Shown here piece after piece: positions 22,388 to 31,828 of a DNA stretch of 64,000 nt. The notes under the pieces were generated by a model that searched no databases, had not been told where the DNA came from, and saw only the letters and a list, made by a program, of their open reading frames with translations. The translations under genes and the position numbers were made by a program. Source of the stretch: Candidatus Hydrogenedentota bacterium (GTDB lineage: Bacteria; Hydrogenedentota; Hydrogenedentia; Hydrogenedentales; SLHB01); assembly GCA_963674865.2 (NCBI GenBank), contig CAXXYE010000004.1, positions 480,001 through 544,000 of the forward strand, written 5' to 3'. Each line of letters starts with the position of its first letter. Position 1 is the first letter of the stretch.

Positions 22388-23998
22388 CTAGTCGAGCGGC
22401 GCGTTGTCCTGATCCCAGACCGTCATATTCTTCAGATTTCCTTCCCGCCTGGGAATGAGCTTTCCGAGCACAAATCCAACCACAAACATCATGATGTGGC
22501 CGAGGAAACCGGCATAGTAACTGTCAATGGGGGAGTTGAACTGCTCCAGGCCGAGCTTTGTGAAGACGCCAAACTTCGTCAACGACATCCACGCCGTGAA
22601 CAGCAGCGTACACACGATGCCCACGCCTACGGCCCGCCCGTCAGCCGTTCGCGTCAGGAATCCCAGCAGGTAGATGCCCAGCAGGCCGCCGGCGCTCAAA
22701 GAGACAAGGACATTCGACGTGTCCTGCAAGGTCTTGGTGTTCTCCGCGGACACCAGAATCGCCGCGCCGATCATCATGACAACGCCAAATCCAAGGCTCA
22801 CGAGCTTCGCGGCCAAGGTGTAGTGTTTGTCGTCGCGATCCTTCACCATGCGGCGGCGGTAGAGATCGATAATAGCCACGGAGGACGCCGCGTTGATGCT
22901 CGCCGACAGTGAGGACATTGCCGCGGCCAGCACAGCGGCGATGACAAGGCCCGACACGCCCGGAGCGAGTTGATTAAGGACGAAGAAGGGGAGAATGCCT
23001 TCCGGACTCGCACTCCCAGTAAGCATATCCGTTGCCCCCTGCACCGGTATGGCCTTGTAGAACGCGTACAGTGCGGTGCCGAGGAACATGAACAGCGCCC
23101 ACGTAGGCACGCTGAATATGCAGCAAATCCACATGGCCTGCCGCGCATCCTTAGCGCTCTTCGAGGCGCAATAGCGCTGCACCAGCGTCTGCTGCGAACT
23201 GTACTCCGCCAGCCAGTTGCCAAGGCCCATAAGAAGCAGCAGCAAAATGCACTTCTGGTTCAGGCCGGATATCCAAGGAATCGGATTGAGGGTGCCGGTC
23301 TCCTTATTGAGCTCGGCGATGGCGAATTTGCCGTCAGCGATGCCCACACGGAATACCTCGGCAATTCCCTCGAACGGCCCCCCAAGTTTGAAGGCGATAA
23401 CGAAGATACAGATAAGTCCGCCGACCCAGAGCACCAGTGCTTGGATGAAGTCCGTCCACAGCACGGCGCGAATACCGCCAAGAATGGTATAGGAGGAGGT
23501 AATGCATCCGCCGATGATCACGCTCCACATGGGATTCAGCCCGGTGAACTGCTGGATAAGAGCAGACACGAGGTAGAGGATCATGCTGATGCGAATCGTC
23601 TGGGCCAGGATATACATGCACGCCGCATAGAGGCGGACATTCGGGCCAAACCGGCCTTCGAGGTATTCGTACGCCGAGGTGATCTTGCCCCGGCGGAAGA
23701 ACGGCAGAAACACCGTCGTGGCCACCAGGATGCCAACCGGCAGCATGTAATTAGGAACCATTCGCATCCATGCCGTCTTGTAAGCATCGGCGGGATACGC
23801 CATAAAGGTGATTGAGCTGATCGACGCCGCAAACATCGAGAAGCCGATCAGCCACCCCGGAAACGAGCGCTCACCGAGGAAATACCCCTCGGTGGTCTTG
23901 TTCTTGCTCATGAAGAGCGGCCCCATCGCCGCCATCGAAGCGAAGTAGATGACGAGGACGATGATGTCAAAAATGTGAAAATTGCCCGGTGCTTCCAT
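22388..23998 (-). CDS. Sodium:solute symporter (SSS family)
   Basis: Polytopic; SAYEYLEGRFG, GGIRAVLWTDFIQ, QTLVQRY, AAAMSSLS. Confidence 0.93.
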   Translation of the reverse strand: MEAPGNFHIFDIIVLVIYFASMAAMGPLFMSKNKTTEGYFLGERSFPGWLIGFSMFAASISSITFMAYPADAYKTAWMRMVPNYMLPVGILVATTVFLPFFRRGKITSAYEYLEGRFGPNVRLYAACMYILAQTIRISMILYLVSALIQQFTGLNPMWSVIIGGCITSSYTILGGIRAVLWTDFIQALVLWVGGLICIFVIAFKLGGPFEGIAEVFRVGIADGKFAIAELNKETGTLNPIPWISGLNQKCILLLLLMGLGNWLAEYSSQQTLVQRYCASKSAKDARQAMWICCIFSVPTWALFMFLGTALYAFYKAIPVQGATDMLTGSASPEGILPFFVLNQLAPGVSGLVIAAVLAAAMSSLSASINAASSVAIIDLYRRRMVKDRDDKHYTLAAKLVSLGFGVVMMIGAAILVSAENTKTLQDTSNVLVSLSAGGLLGIYLLGFLTRTADGRAVGVGIVCTLLFTAWMSLTKFGVFTKLGLEQFNSPIDSYYAGFLGHIMMFVVGFVLGKLIPRREGNLKNMTVWDQDNAPLD

Positions 23999-24350
23999 GA
24001 TGTTTTCCTGTCCTCTCCCCAATAAGGCCAAAAATGTTGCACAACACTACCAATTCGCCGCACGCCGATCAAGCAGGGAGGGGACCCTTCGAGATTCTAA
24101 TACTAAGCGCACTGTTTTTCGGTGAAAGTCCTTTGCGCCGCAGCGTGCAACCGGCGCAAAGAAATCCGGCGTGCTATCGAATCGTCCTGGCGCTACCCGG
24201 AGCATACCGACTGAAGCCGGCCAGAGGGACCACGTGGAAAGCGCCGGGAGTACGCACCGCCACCGTGCCCAAACGGCAAGCCCATCGCCAGGACGCCCGC
24301 CATGGCCCCTCTAAATGGACAAACCTTTGGATGGTCGAGTCCATGTACGG

Positions 24351-26441
24351 CTAGACTTGTGACGCGGCTTTGTGGTCCTCGCTTCCCCTCTCGTCCGCGT
24401 CAGCTAGACTTGCTGCAATCGACTGGAACGTGTCTTGACACTCGAGAAACGCATCGACGACGTCGGGATCGAAATGTGTTCCTTTCCCTTCAATGATGAT
24501 CGCCGCCGCCCTTTCATGAGGCATAGGAGACTTATAGGGCCGCTTGCAGCGAAGCGCATCATACACATCCGCCACGGCCATTAGCCTCGCTGAGATCGGG
24601 ATCTTCTCTCCTGCGATCCCTTGCGGATACCCGGAACCATCCCATTTCTCATGATGACCAAAAGCAATCTCTTGCGCGTAATGGAGGAACGAGTGTCGTT
24701 GGTCGAGCCCGGCGGTCTCCTCAGCGCGGCACAGGGTGGCGTGTCCGAGGGTAGTGTGCCCCTTCATCACGTCAAATTCCGCGTCGGTAAGCTTCTGCGG
24801 CTTCAGGAGAATCTCGTCAGGTACACCCACCTTACCGATGTCGTGCAAAGGGGCGCTCTTAAAGATGGTCTCGATGTTCTCCGGCGTCAATTCACGGCGG
24901 AACCGCGAGTGCGTCGAGAGTTGCTCAGCAAGAGTCTTGACATATTGCTGGGTGCGGATGATGTGACGCCCTGTCTCAGGGTCCCTTGTTTCGGCCACCG
25001 AAACAAGTCCCACGATGGCACAGTCCTGGGCGACCACCAATTCCTCGGCCCGCTGCGCGCCCAAGCGTTCCTCCATCCGCCAGCGGACTAAGGTAAGCGC
25101 CAGGAATTGGACTATCAATGTAAGGGATCCCGGGAGCGGCGAAAGGTACAAGCCATGGGCTTGGAGAAACCAGCCCGCGCCCCACCAAAACGACAACAGG
25201 CCCGCCCCGCAAAGCACCGCCGAAACCGTTACGGAAAGGCGGGACAGCGCCAAGGCCAGGCCAATCCCCGCCAAGAGAACGGCCCCGGCTTGAGCCCCCG
25301 GGGTCCACGGCGGCGCATGCACAAAATCCCGCCGCACTATTGTGTCAGCCGCAACAGCATGAAGTTGCACGCCCGGAAGGGCGGGGTCGACGGGGGTGGC
25401 GTGCGAATCTCCGAGGGCTGCTGCGCTCGAACCGAGGAACACGATCTTGCCCCGCAAGTCTGAAGTCGTACTGCCGGCGCGTAAGAGGTCCGCCGCTGAA
25501 ATCCGGCCGATTGCTGAGTCCCGGCCTGCAAATGACAGCAGCATGCACCCGTGTCTATCGGTGGGAATAGTGATATCGCCGATCCGAACGCTCTCAACCC
25601 CCGCGGCGTTGACTTTCATGTGCACTTGAGAGTAGCCGAGAGCACGCATGACTGCGGCCAAGGAAAGGGAAGGCCAGAGACGCCCCCCGACTTCAACCAC
25701 CAGCGGCATACGGCGCACAGTCCCGTCCGTATCTGCAAGGGAATTCACCAATCCAACGGTTTTGGTATTCCGCGCAATGGCCTCCACAGGCGATATTAGG
25801 CCATGGGCATGGGGAACGGGGACAGGTTCAAGGGCATTCGGCTCCCGTTGTATGATGATCTCCGTCTGGGGCAGACCGCCGACTCCGGGAGCGCGCACCC
25901 TCTCAAACACTCCCCAAGCGCCCATAACGACCTCCGGAGATGCCACCGCCTCGGCCAGGAGTAGATCGTTGTCTCTGTAGTCCGGCGGGACTTCGTCGAA
26001 ATGCAGGCTAATCCCAAGATCTCGCTGATAAGCATCACGGAGTTGGTCGAGAGACACCCTGTCAGGCTCGGGAAAAAGAAAATCGATCCCGATGCTGCCA
26101 GGCCGGGCGTCCCGCATCGCCGTCACCAGCCTGGCAACGAGGTACCTGGGCCAAGGCCATTGTCCAAGCAGTTCCAGCGCCCTCTCGTCAACATCTATAA
26201 TGGCGACTTGGGAGGTCTCCTGACGCATTGGGCGGGACTGCGCCATAAGGTCATACACAACATTCTCGACGCGGACCAAAGGCATCGGGCGACTCGTGAA
26301 AAGAAACAGCAAGGCAATTGTGAGTGCAAGGCCAATCAGGAGGGTGCGACGCCTGGCCTCCCGCGAGGGGCCATAAACGCGTAAGGGCCGCAGACCAAAC
26401 CCACTTTTCCGGCTCGCCACGTCTGGCGAATCAGCGTACAA
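24351..26441 (-). CDS. CHASE2 sensor + HD-GYP cyclic-dinucleotide phosphodiesterase
   Basis: CHASE2 LGQWPWPR, DFLFPEPDR, DGTVRRMPL, PGVQLHA, three TMs; LHDIGKVG, HHEKWDGSGYP, ADVYDALRCKRPYK. Confidence 0.92.
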   Translation of the reverse strand: MYADSPDVASRKSGFGLRPLRVYGPSREARRRTLLIGLALTIALLFLFTSRPMPLVRVENVVYDLMAQSRPMRQETSQVAIIDVDERALELLGQWPWPRYLVARLVTAMRDARPGSIGIDFLFPEPDRVSLDQLRDAYQRDLGISLHFDEVPPDYRDNDLLLAEAVASPEVVMGAWGVFERVRAPGVGGLPQTEIIIQREPNALEPVPVPHAHGLISPVEAIARNTKTVGLVNSLADTDGTVRRMPLVVEVGGRLWPSLSLAAVMRALGYSQVHMKVNAAGVESVRIGDITIPTDRHGCMLLSFAGRDSAIGRISAADLLRAGSTTSDLRGKIVFLGSSAAALGDSHATPVDPALPGVQLHAVAADTIVRRDFVHAPPWTPGAQAGAVLLAGIGLALALSRLSVTVSAVLCGAGLLSFWWGAGWFLQAHGLYLSPLPGSLTLIVQFLALTLVRWRMEERLGAQRAEELVVAQDCAIVGLVSVAETRDPETGRHIIRTQQYVKTLAEQLSTHSRFRRELTPENIETIFKSAPLHDIGKVGVPDEILLKPQKLTDAEFDVMKGHTTLGHATLCRAEETAGLDQRHSFLHYAQEIAFGHHEKWDGSGYPQGIAGEKIPISARLMAVADVYDALRCKRPYKSPMPHERAAAIIIEGKGTHFDPDVVDAFLECQDTFQSIAASLADADERGSEDHKAASQV

Positions 26442-27033
26442 CTATCTCAACCCGTCGATTGCGCGCCTCGTGGACGTTGTCAGCGGTGGGCACCAGCGGG
26501 TCGCCTTCGCCGAAGTAAGCAAGCGATAGGGACGTGGGGGCTATCCCCAATTCGAGGAGATGGGCTCTTACAGCGTGCGCGCGGGCATTAGACAGCCGCA
26601 TGTTGTAATCCGCATCGCCACTCCGGTCGGTATGCCCGTTGATGCTAATGTCACGGGAGTCCCGTTCCGCGGCCGCCTTCACAACATCCTTGAGAAGGCT
26701 GAGTGAATCGGCCGTCATTCGGTCAGAGTCCGATTTGAAATAGAGATTGAAGACCAGCGGCTTTTCGGGCTCAACAGCCAGTGCATCCTGGAAGATACCC
26801 TCACGCTTCTTCTCGGACATGAAATATGGATCACCGGGCTTCGTTGCGGGGGCGGCGATGACCACGGCTTGACCCGCCTCGGATAGTGATGCGACGCCCG
26901 CTTCGGTGCTTACGGTGACGTGACCAGTGTGTCCACGGGCATCAGGAACAAGAACAACAATCGTCCCCTTTGTGGCGCAAGATACGCAAAGGGTTCCCAA
27001 CAGGAGAACAATAGCAAGTCTCTGGCCCCTCAT
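26431..27033 (-). CDS. OmpA-family peptidoglycan-binding lipoprotein
   Basis: Lipobox-like LCVSC; LYFKSDS, INGHTD, LSNARA, NRRVEI. Confidence 0.9.
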   Translation of the reverse strand: MRGQRLAIVLLLGTLCVSCATKGTIVVLVPDARGHTGHVTVSTEAGVASLSEAGQAVVIAAPATKPGDPYFMSEKKREGIFQDALAVEPEKPLVFNLYFKSDSDRMTADSLSLLKDVVKAAAERDSRDISINGHTDRSGDADYNMRLSNARAHAVRAHLLELGIAPTSLSLAYFGEGDPLVPTADNVHEARNRRVEIVVR

Positions 27034-27060
27034 TCGCACCTCCTGCCTAGGTGACAAACT

Positions 27061-27501
27061 CTATTTCACCTTTACCAAAAGCTTGGTGCCGCGCACGGAC
27101 GCAATTCCGTCCGGGGTCTCTAGCTTGACGGAGTCCGGCGCCAGTTTGGCGATACGTCCCGAGACAACGACGAACGTGCCCTTTATCATGTTCAGAGCCA
27201 TTGAGAAGATGCCTTCACTCGGGCGAAAGTCGAAATCCTTCATTGCCAGCTTGCTGGATGATCCCATGGAGACCGTTGAGTCATCTCGCAAGATCACCCC
27301 AATGCTCCCGTCGCGTCCCGTCTGCAACATATCCTGTACGAAGAGGCGCGTCCCCTTTTCAGCGCGAAGCTTAGCCTCTCCACGCAGGACAAAGGCTTCA
27401 CCCTTGACGGTCTTCACGCTGCCAATCACATTGTCCGGTTCCGCGTAGCCGGTGACGCTTACCAGAGACACAAGCACCAACAGCGCTATCATGAACTTCA
27501 T
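27061..27501 (-). CDS. Exported stand-alone FecR-domain protein
   Basis: Signal peptide; IGSVKTVKG, DMLQTGRDG, LETPDGIASVRGT. Confidence 0.85.
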   Translation of the reverse strand: MKFMIALLVLVSLVSVTGYAEPDNVIGSVKTVKGEAFVLRGEAKLRAEKGTRLFVQDMLQTGRDGSIGVILRDDSTVSMGSSSKLAMKDFDFRPSEGIFSMALNMIKGTFVVVSGRIAKLAPDSVKLETPDGIASVRGTKLLVKVK

Positions 27502-27723
27502 AGCTAGGTACCCTCCCAGTACTTGGGGGCGTGCCCTTTTGCCGGCATCTTCCCTCAATCCTCCTCAAACTTTCATTGTCTTATGCTAAACTTTCTTCCC
27601 CATTTCGTCAATATGCTCGGGCGTTTCCCAAGGCTCGCGCATGGCCGTCTCAGCCAAGGTATGTTTCCGACTCAAGGGGAAGAACGCATCACGCAGGCAC
27701 CGAACGCTTGAAGCGGGAGCCGC

Positions 27724-28299
27724 CTATCCCAACAGGTCGTCCGGCTCGATGAGGGAGGATCCCGCCTGACACAAGGGACAGGCATCAGGAGACCAGCTCT
27801 CCATGTCAAGGCGGGCCAAGGGTTTGAAGGGGCAATCAAACCGGGCCTCGCCCGCGCTGCGATCAATCAACACGCTAACGCCGACGACCTCCGCATCCCG
27901 CTCGCGCAGATGACTCACCGTCTTCTTCACGGATCCGCCCGTGGTGATAATGTCCTCGACTACGAGCACGCGCGTACCGGCTTTGAGGGCAAATCCGCGT
28001 TTTAGGGCCATGGCTTCCTCGCCGTCCTTTTCCGTGAAGGCTGCGCGGCAATCGAGGTGGCGGGCCGTCTCGTATGCAAGGATGATTCCCCCCGTGGCAG
28101 GCCCGACCACAAGCTCGACGCCCTGCCCGGCGAATTGTCCGGCCATGGCGGCGCAAAGACGCTCCGTGTAGCGAGGGAATTGAAGAACACGCGCCGCTTG
28201 CAGAAATTGCCGGCCATGGCGGCCACTGGTATAGAGGAAATGTCCCTCAAGCAGGGCGCCGGCCTCACGAAACAGGTTGATGGCCTCTTCCGAGTTCAC
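27724..28299 (-). CDS. pyrE: Orotate phosphoribosyltransferase
   Basis: LLEGHFLYTSGRH, PRPP motif VVEDIITTGGS. Confidence 0.95.
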   Translation of the reverse strand: MNSEEAINLFREAGALLEGHFLYTSGRHGRQFLQAARVLQFPRYTERLCAAMAGQFAGQGVELVVGPATGGIILAYETARHLDCRAAFTEKDGEEAMALKRGFALKAGTRVLVVEDIITTGGSVKKTVSHLRERDAEVVGVSVLIDRSAGEARFDCPFKPLARLDMESWSPDACPLCQAGSSLIEPDDLLG

Positions 28300-28982
28300 G
28301 CGTTCAGTTCCTCCATGATGAGTTCGACGGCCTTTGTGGGACTCTCATGCTTCACAATGGGCCGGCCGACGACAATGTAGTCCGCGCCGGCCGCAGCGGC
28401 CTCGCGGGGCGTCATGACGCGAGCCTGATCATCCTTTGCCGCCCAAGCGGGGCGAACTCCCGGCGTTACGATGGCCGCCTTAGGCCCAACCGCCCCGCGC
28501 ACCAGCTCGATCTCCAGCGGTGAGCAGACAATACCGTGTGCGCCGGACTCGACAGCAAGTCGGGCGAAACGCGGTACCGTCTCAGAAGCCTTTTCCGGAA
28601 TGCCGATCTCCTCACGCAGCATTTCATCCGAAAGGCTTGTCAGAACCGTTACTGCGAGGATACGCGTGGGCGCCCCCTCGACGGCCTCGCGGGCGGCCTC
28701 GATCATCTTGCGCCCGCCGCTCGCGTGCAGCGTGAAGAATGATGCGCCGAGATCGGCAGCGGCCTTGGCCGCCTTGGCGACGGTGTTGGGAATATCGTGG
28801 AATTTGAGATCGAGGAAGATGTGCTTGCCCAGCGCCTGAAGCTCCTGCACGATGGGGGGGCCGCAGCGGGTGAAGAGTTGCGATCCTATTTTGAACCATT
28901 CACACCGGCCGCAGTCCTGGACGATCTTCAAGGCTTGTTCCCGCGAATCAACGTCTAAGACAGTGATGAGTTCGGTTCCCAT
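28296..28982 (-). CDS. pyrF: Orotidine-5'-phosphate decarboxylase
   Basis: FLDLKFHDIPNTV, VTPGVRP, VVGRPI. Confidence 0.97.
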   Translation of the reverse strand: MGTELITVLDVDSREQALKIVQDCGRCEWFKIGSQLFTRCGPPIVQELQALGKHIFLDLKFHDIPNTVAKAAKAAADLGASFFTLHASGGRKMIEAAREAVEGAPTRILAVTVLTSLSDEMLREEIGIPEKASETVPRFARLAVESGAHGIVCSPLEIELVRGAVGPKAAIVTPGVRPAWAAKDDQARVMTPREAAAAGADYIVVGRPIVKHESPTKAVELIMEELNA

Positions 28983-28989
28983 GATATTC

Positions 28990-29919
28990 TCACAGCTCCA
29001 TCGCACCGATAAGCTCTCTGATGTCAGCGATTTCATGCTGCTCTAGATAGACGGCGATGCCCTCCACGACACGCAAGGCGGCGTCCGGCTGGCGGAATGA
29101 CATGGAGCCTACCGCGACGGCCGTCGCACCGGCAAGCAAGAATTGGATCGCGTCCTCGGCCTCACAGATGCCGCCCATGCCGATGACGGGAATCGTGAGC
29201 GCGGATGCTGCGTTCCAAACCATCTTGAGGGCCACGGGCCGGATGCACGGCCCGCTCAGCCCGCCCACAATGTTCGCGAGCCGCGGGCGGCGCGTCTCGG
29301 AATCAATGGCCATACCTAGAAGCGTGTTTATCAGTGAGACGGCGTCCGCTCCCGCCTCCTGCGCGGCCAGGGCGGGATCGCGTATATCCACCACATTCGG
29401 GGACAACTTGACGAAAACCGGGAGCCTCGTGGCCGATTTGACGGCGCGTGTGTACTCGGCGACGGCATCGGGAATCTGTGACACCAGCGTTGCTCCCCGA
29501 GCCGTCTTGGCGTCGTGAACGTTGGGGCAGGAGAGGTTTGCCTCGATGGCGTCCGCCCCGTCGGCCTCTTCGAGCCGCCGGGCGAGTTCGGCATACTCAT
29601 CCGGCGAATGGCCGTAGATGTTCGCAATGATGGGCACGCCCTTCTCCCGCAGGAAAGGGGCCTTTTCAGAAAGATACGCATCGATACCGACGTTCTGGAG
29701 GCCAATGGCATTCAGCAATCCCGCAGGCGTCTCAACAAGGCGCGGGGGCCTATTCCCCGCACGGCTCGCCGGCGAGATGCTCTTGGTGGTTACAGCCCCG
29801 AGGCGCGCCACGTCGAAGTATTGATCGTACTCCTGGCCATAGCCGAAAGTTCCGGACGCAACCGTCACAGGATTCTTCAGTTCGAGCCCGCCGACGTTAG
29901 TGCTCAGATTTGGCTTCAC
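28990..29919 (-). CDS. pyrD: Dihydroorotate dehydrogenase 1B, catalytic subunit
   Basis: KNPVTVASGTFG, NAIGLQN, NLSCPN, VKLSPN, INTL, GGLSG; GTG start at 29919. Confidence 0.95.
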   Translation of the reverse strand: MKPNLSTNVGGLELKNPVTVASGTFGYGQEYDQYFDVARLGAVTTKSISPASRAGNRPPRLVETPAGLLNAIGLQNVGIDAYLSEKAPFLREKGVPIIANIYGHSPDEYAELARRLEEADGADAIEANLSCPNVHDAKTARGATLVSQIPDAVAEYTRAVKSATRLPVFVKLSPNVVDIRDPALAAQEAGADAVSLINTLLGMAIDSETRRPRLANIVGGLSGPCIRPVALKMVWNAASALTIPVIGMGGICEAEDAIQFLLAGATAVAVGSMSFRQPDAALRVVEGIAVYLEQHEIADIRELIGAMEL

Positions 29920-29935
29920 GCTTGCGTTTTCCCGC

Positions 29936-30742
29936 TCACCTGTCGTAGGCAAGGTTGTGGGCATCCCAGTCAATGGTGCGCGTATCGAAAACCGGCCCAT
30001 CCACACAGACGCGTACCATCTTCTCCCCCTCTTGCTTGCGCTTCGACTCGACCACGCATCCCAGACACGCTCCGTCGCCGCATGCCATCTGGGCTTCAAG
30101 AGAGACCTGGCAATCGGCGCCCGCGGCCACAGCCACATCGGATGTCGTCCGCATCATCACCATCGGGCCGCAGACATAGACACGCGTTTCAGCGTCGGGC
30201 TTCACGCGCTCAAGCACGTCACAGGCGAAGGCTTTCTCGCCCGCGGATCCGTCGTCCGTGGCGATGTATAGCTTGCAGCCTTGACGCCTGAAATCCTCTG
30301 TACAGAGGATCAGATCCCGAGTCCGGGCCGCGATGATCACCTCAGGGACAATGCCCGCACTGACGAGTGCATCCACCAATCCGGGGAAAGGCGCCACACC
30401 GATACCGCCGGCGACGATGATGTGCCGCGCGAAACTCGGATCGACCGAGAATCCATTGCCGAGGGGGCCTTGGACGGAGATACTCTGCCCCTGCGCAAAC
30501 TGCGAGAGCAACCGCGTGCCCTCGCCTTCGACCTTGTACAGAATGGACACGCCATCGCCGGCAATCCGCTCGAATGACATCGGCCGGCGAAGAAATGGGT
30601 AGAGCCCGCGGGACACCAGAAACATCCCGAATTGGCCCGGCCGGGCGGCAGCGGCGATTTTCGGCGCGCGAACGCGCATTCGATAGTGCTCAGGCGCCAC
30701 CCGCTCGTTCGCGAGAATCTCGCAATCTACAACGTGCGGCAT
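29936..30742 (-). CDS. pyrK: Dihydroorotate dehydrogenase electron-transfer subunit
   Basis: RRPMS, GPLGNGF, AGGIGVAP, CGP, MACGDGACLGC, VCVDGPVF. Confidence 0.95.
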   Translation of the reverse strand: MPHVVDCEILANERVAPEHYRMRVRAPKIAAAARPGQFGMFLVSRGLYPFLRRPMSFERIAGDGVSILYKVEGEGTRLLSQFAQGQSISVQGPLGNGFSVDPSFARHIIVAGGIGVAPFPGLVDALVSAGIVPEVIIAARTRDLILCTEDFRRQGCKLYIATDDGSAGEKAFACDVLERVKPDAETRVYVCGPMVMMRTTSDVAVAAGADCQVSLEAQMACGDGACLGCVVESKRKQEGEKMVRVCVDGPVFDTRTIDWDAHNLAYDR

Positions 30743-30743
30743 G

Positions 30744-31823
30744 CTATCGGCGATCCAACGTAAGCTGGTTGCGGAGCAGGTTCAGGCTGACTCGGACACG
30801 CTCGGCAAGCACCTCGCCCACCCCTTCGACGGCAACGAGGTCATCCTTTGGCGCGCGCATGATCTGTTGGAAGGTACCGAAGCGCTCAATTAGACTCTCG
30901 ATAATCTGGCCGGATAGACGATGAGTCTGGGTGAGCAACCGGTGGCCGCGCGGTGAAAGGTAGGTGTCCACGCTACGCAGATTAGGGCCGTATCCCAAAG
31001 CCTGAGAGATACTGCCCAGGTTCAGTAGGTCATCCTTGGGAATTTCCCGTACCCGCTTGCGGATTTGCTCGAATTTCACGCGGCCTTTCTCGCGGTAGTA
31101 GTCTTTGATCACCATTTCCGCTTCTTCGACGGGAATGATCAACTCGCTGAGCTGCAGCTCGATGAGGCGCCCCTCAGTGCCCAGTTCCAGGATATACGGC
31201 TCGATCTCCTTGGCGATGCGAGCAACCATTTCGCAGCGCTGGATCGCTTTGCATACGTCGAAAATCGTCACCATATCCTGAAACTCTCGGACGCTCAAGT
31301 CCTGCGTCGATTGATTCAGCGCGACGATGTACTTCTCGAGCGTTTGGATAGCCTGCATAGCCTTGTTGAGAAGGGTCGGGATGCTGTCCATCACGTGGCG
31401 GTGATTCCCGACGTATAAAGTAACGCTTGAGCGCCGCTCGGACACCGCCACAACGATGCACTCGGCCTGGCGGGCCAGACGCTCCGCCGCCCGGTGCCGG
31501 GTGCCTGTCTCATTCGTAGGAATCGAGATATCCGGTGTCAGAAAACGATTGGCATAGGCGATTCGCCCACCGGTTTTGTCGAGAATGATCGCTCCGTCCA
31601 TCTTCGATAGCTCATACAAGAGCTGCGGCGTGCAAGGCGTGTCGACCTTGACGCCGCCCTCGGACAGTTCGGACAGGCGTTTCGGGTCGCCGATGCAGAG
31701 GAGGGCGCCTGTGCGGCTCTGTAGGATGGCCGATATCGCTTCCCGAATCATCGTGCCCGGTGAAATCATTAAAAGGGCTTCATCGAAGATATCCTTGCTT
31801 TTTGACTTCTTCTGCCTTGCCAT
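30744..31823 (-). CDS. disA: DNA integrity scanning diadenylate cyclase DisA
   Basis: DAC motifs MDGAII and GTRHRAAER; C-terminal HhH VEGVGEVLA; follows radA. Confidence 0.95.
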   Translation of the reverse strand: MARQKKSKSKDIFDEALLMISPGTMIREAISAILQSRTGALLCIGDPKRLSELSEGGVKVDTPCTPQLLYELSKMDGAIILDKTGGRIAYANRFLTPDISIPTNETGTRHRAAERLARQAECIVVAVSERRSSVTLYVGNHRHVMDSIPTLLNKAMQAIQTLEKYIVALNQSTQDLSVREFQDMVTIFDVCKAIQRCEMVARIAKEIEPYILELGTEGRLIELQLSELIIPVEEAEMVIKDYYREKGRVKFEQIRKRVREIPKDDLLNLGSISQALGYGPNLRSVDTYLSPRGHRLLTQTHRLSGQIIESLIERFGTFQQIMRAPKDDLVAVEGVGEVLAERVRVSLNLLRNQLTLDRR

Positions 31824-31828
31824 TGCCG

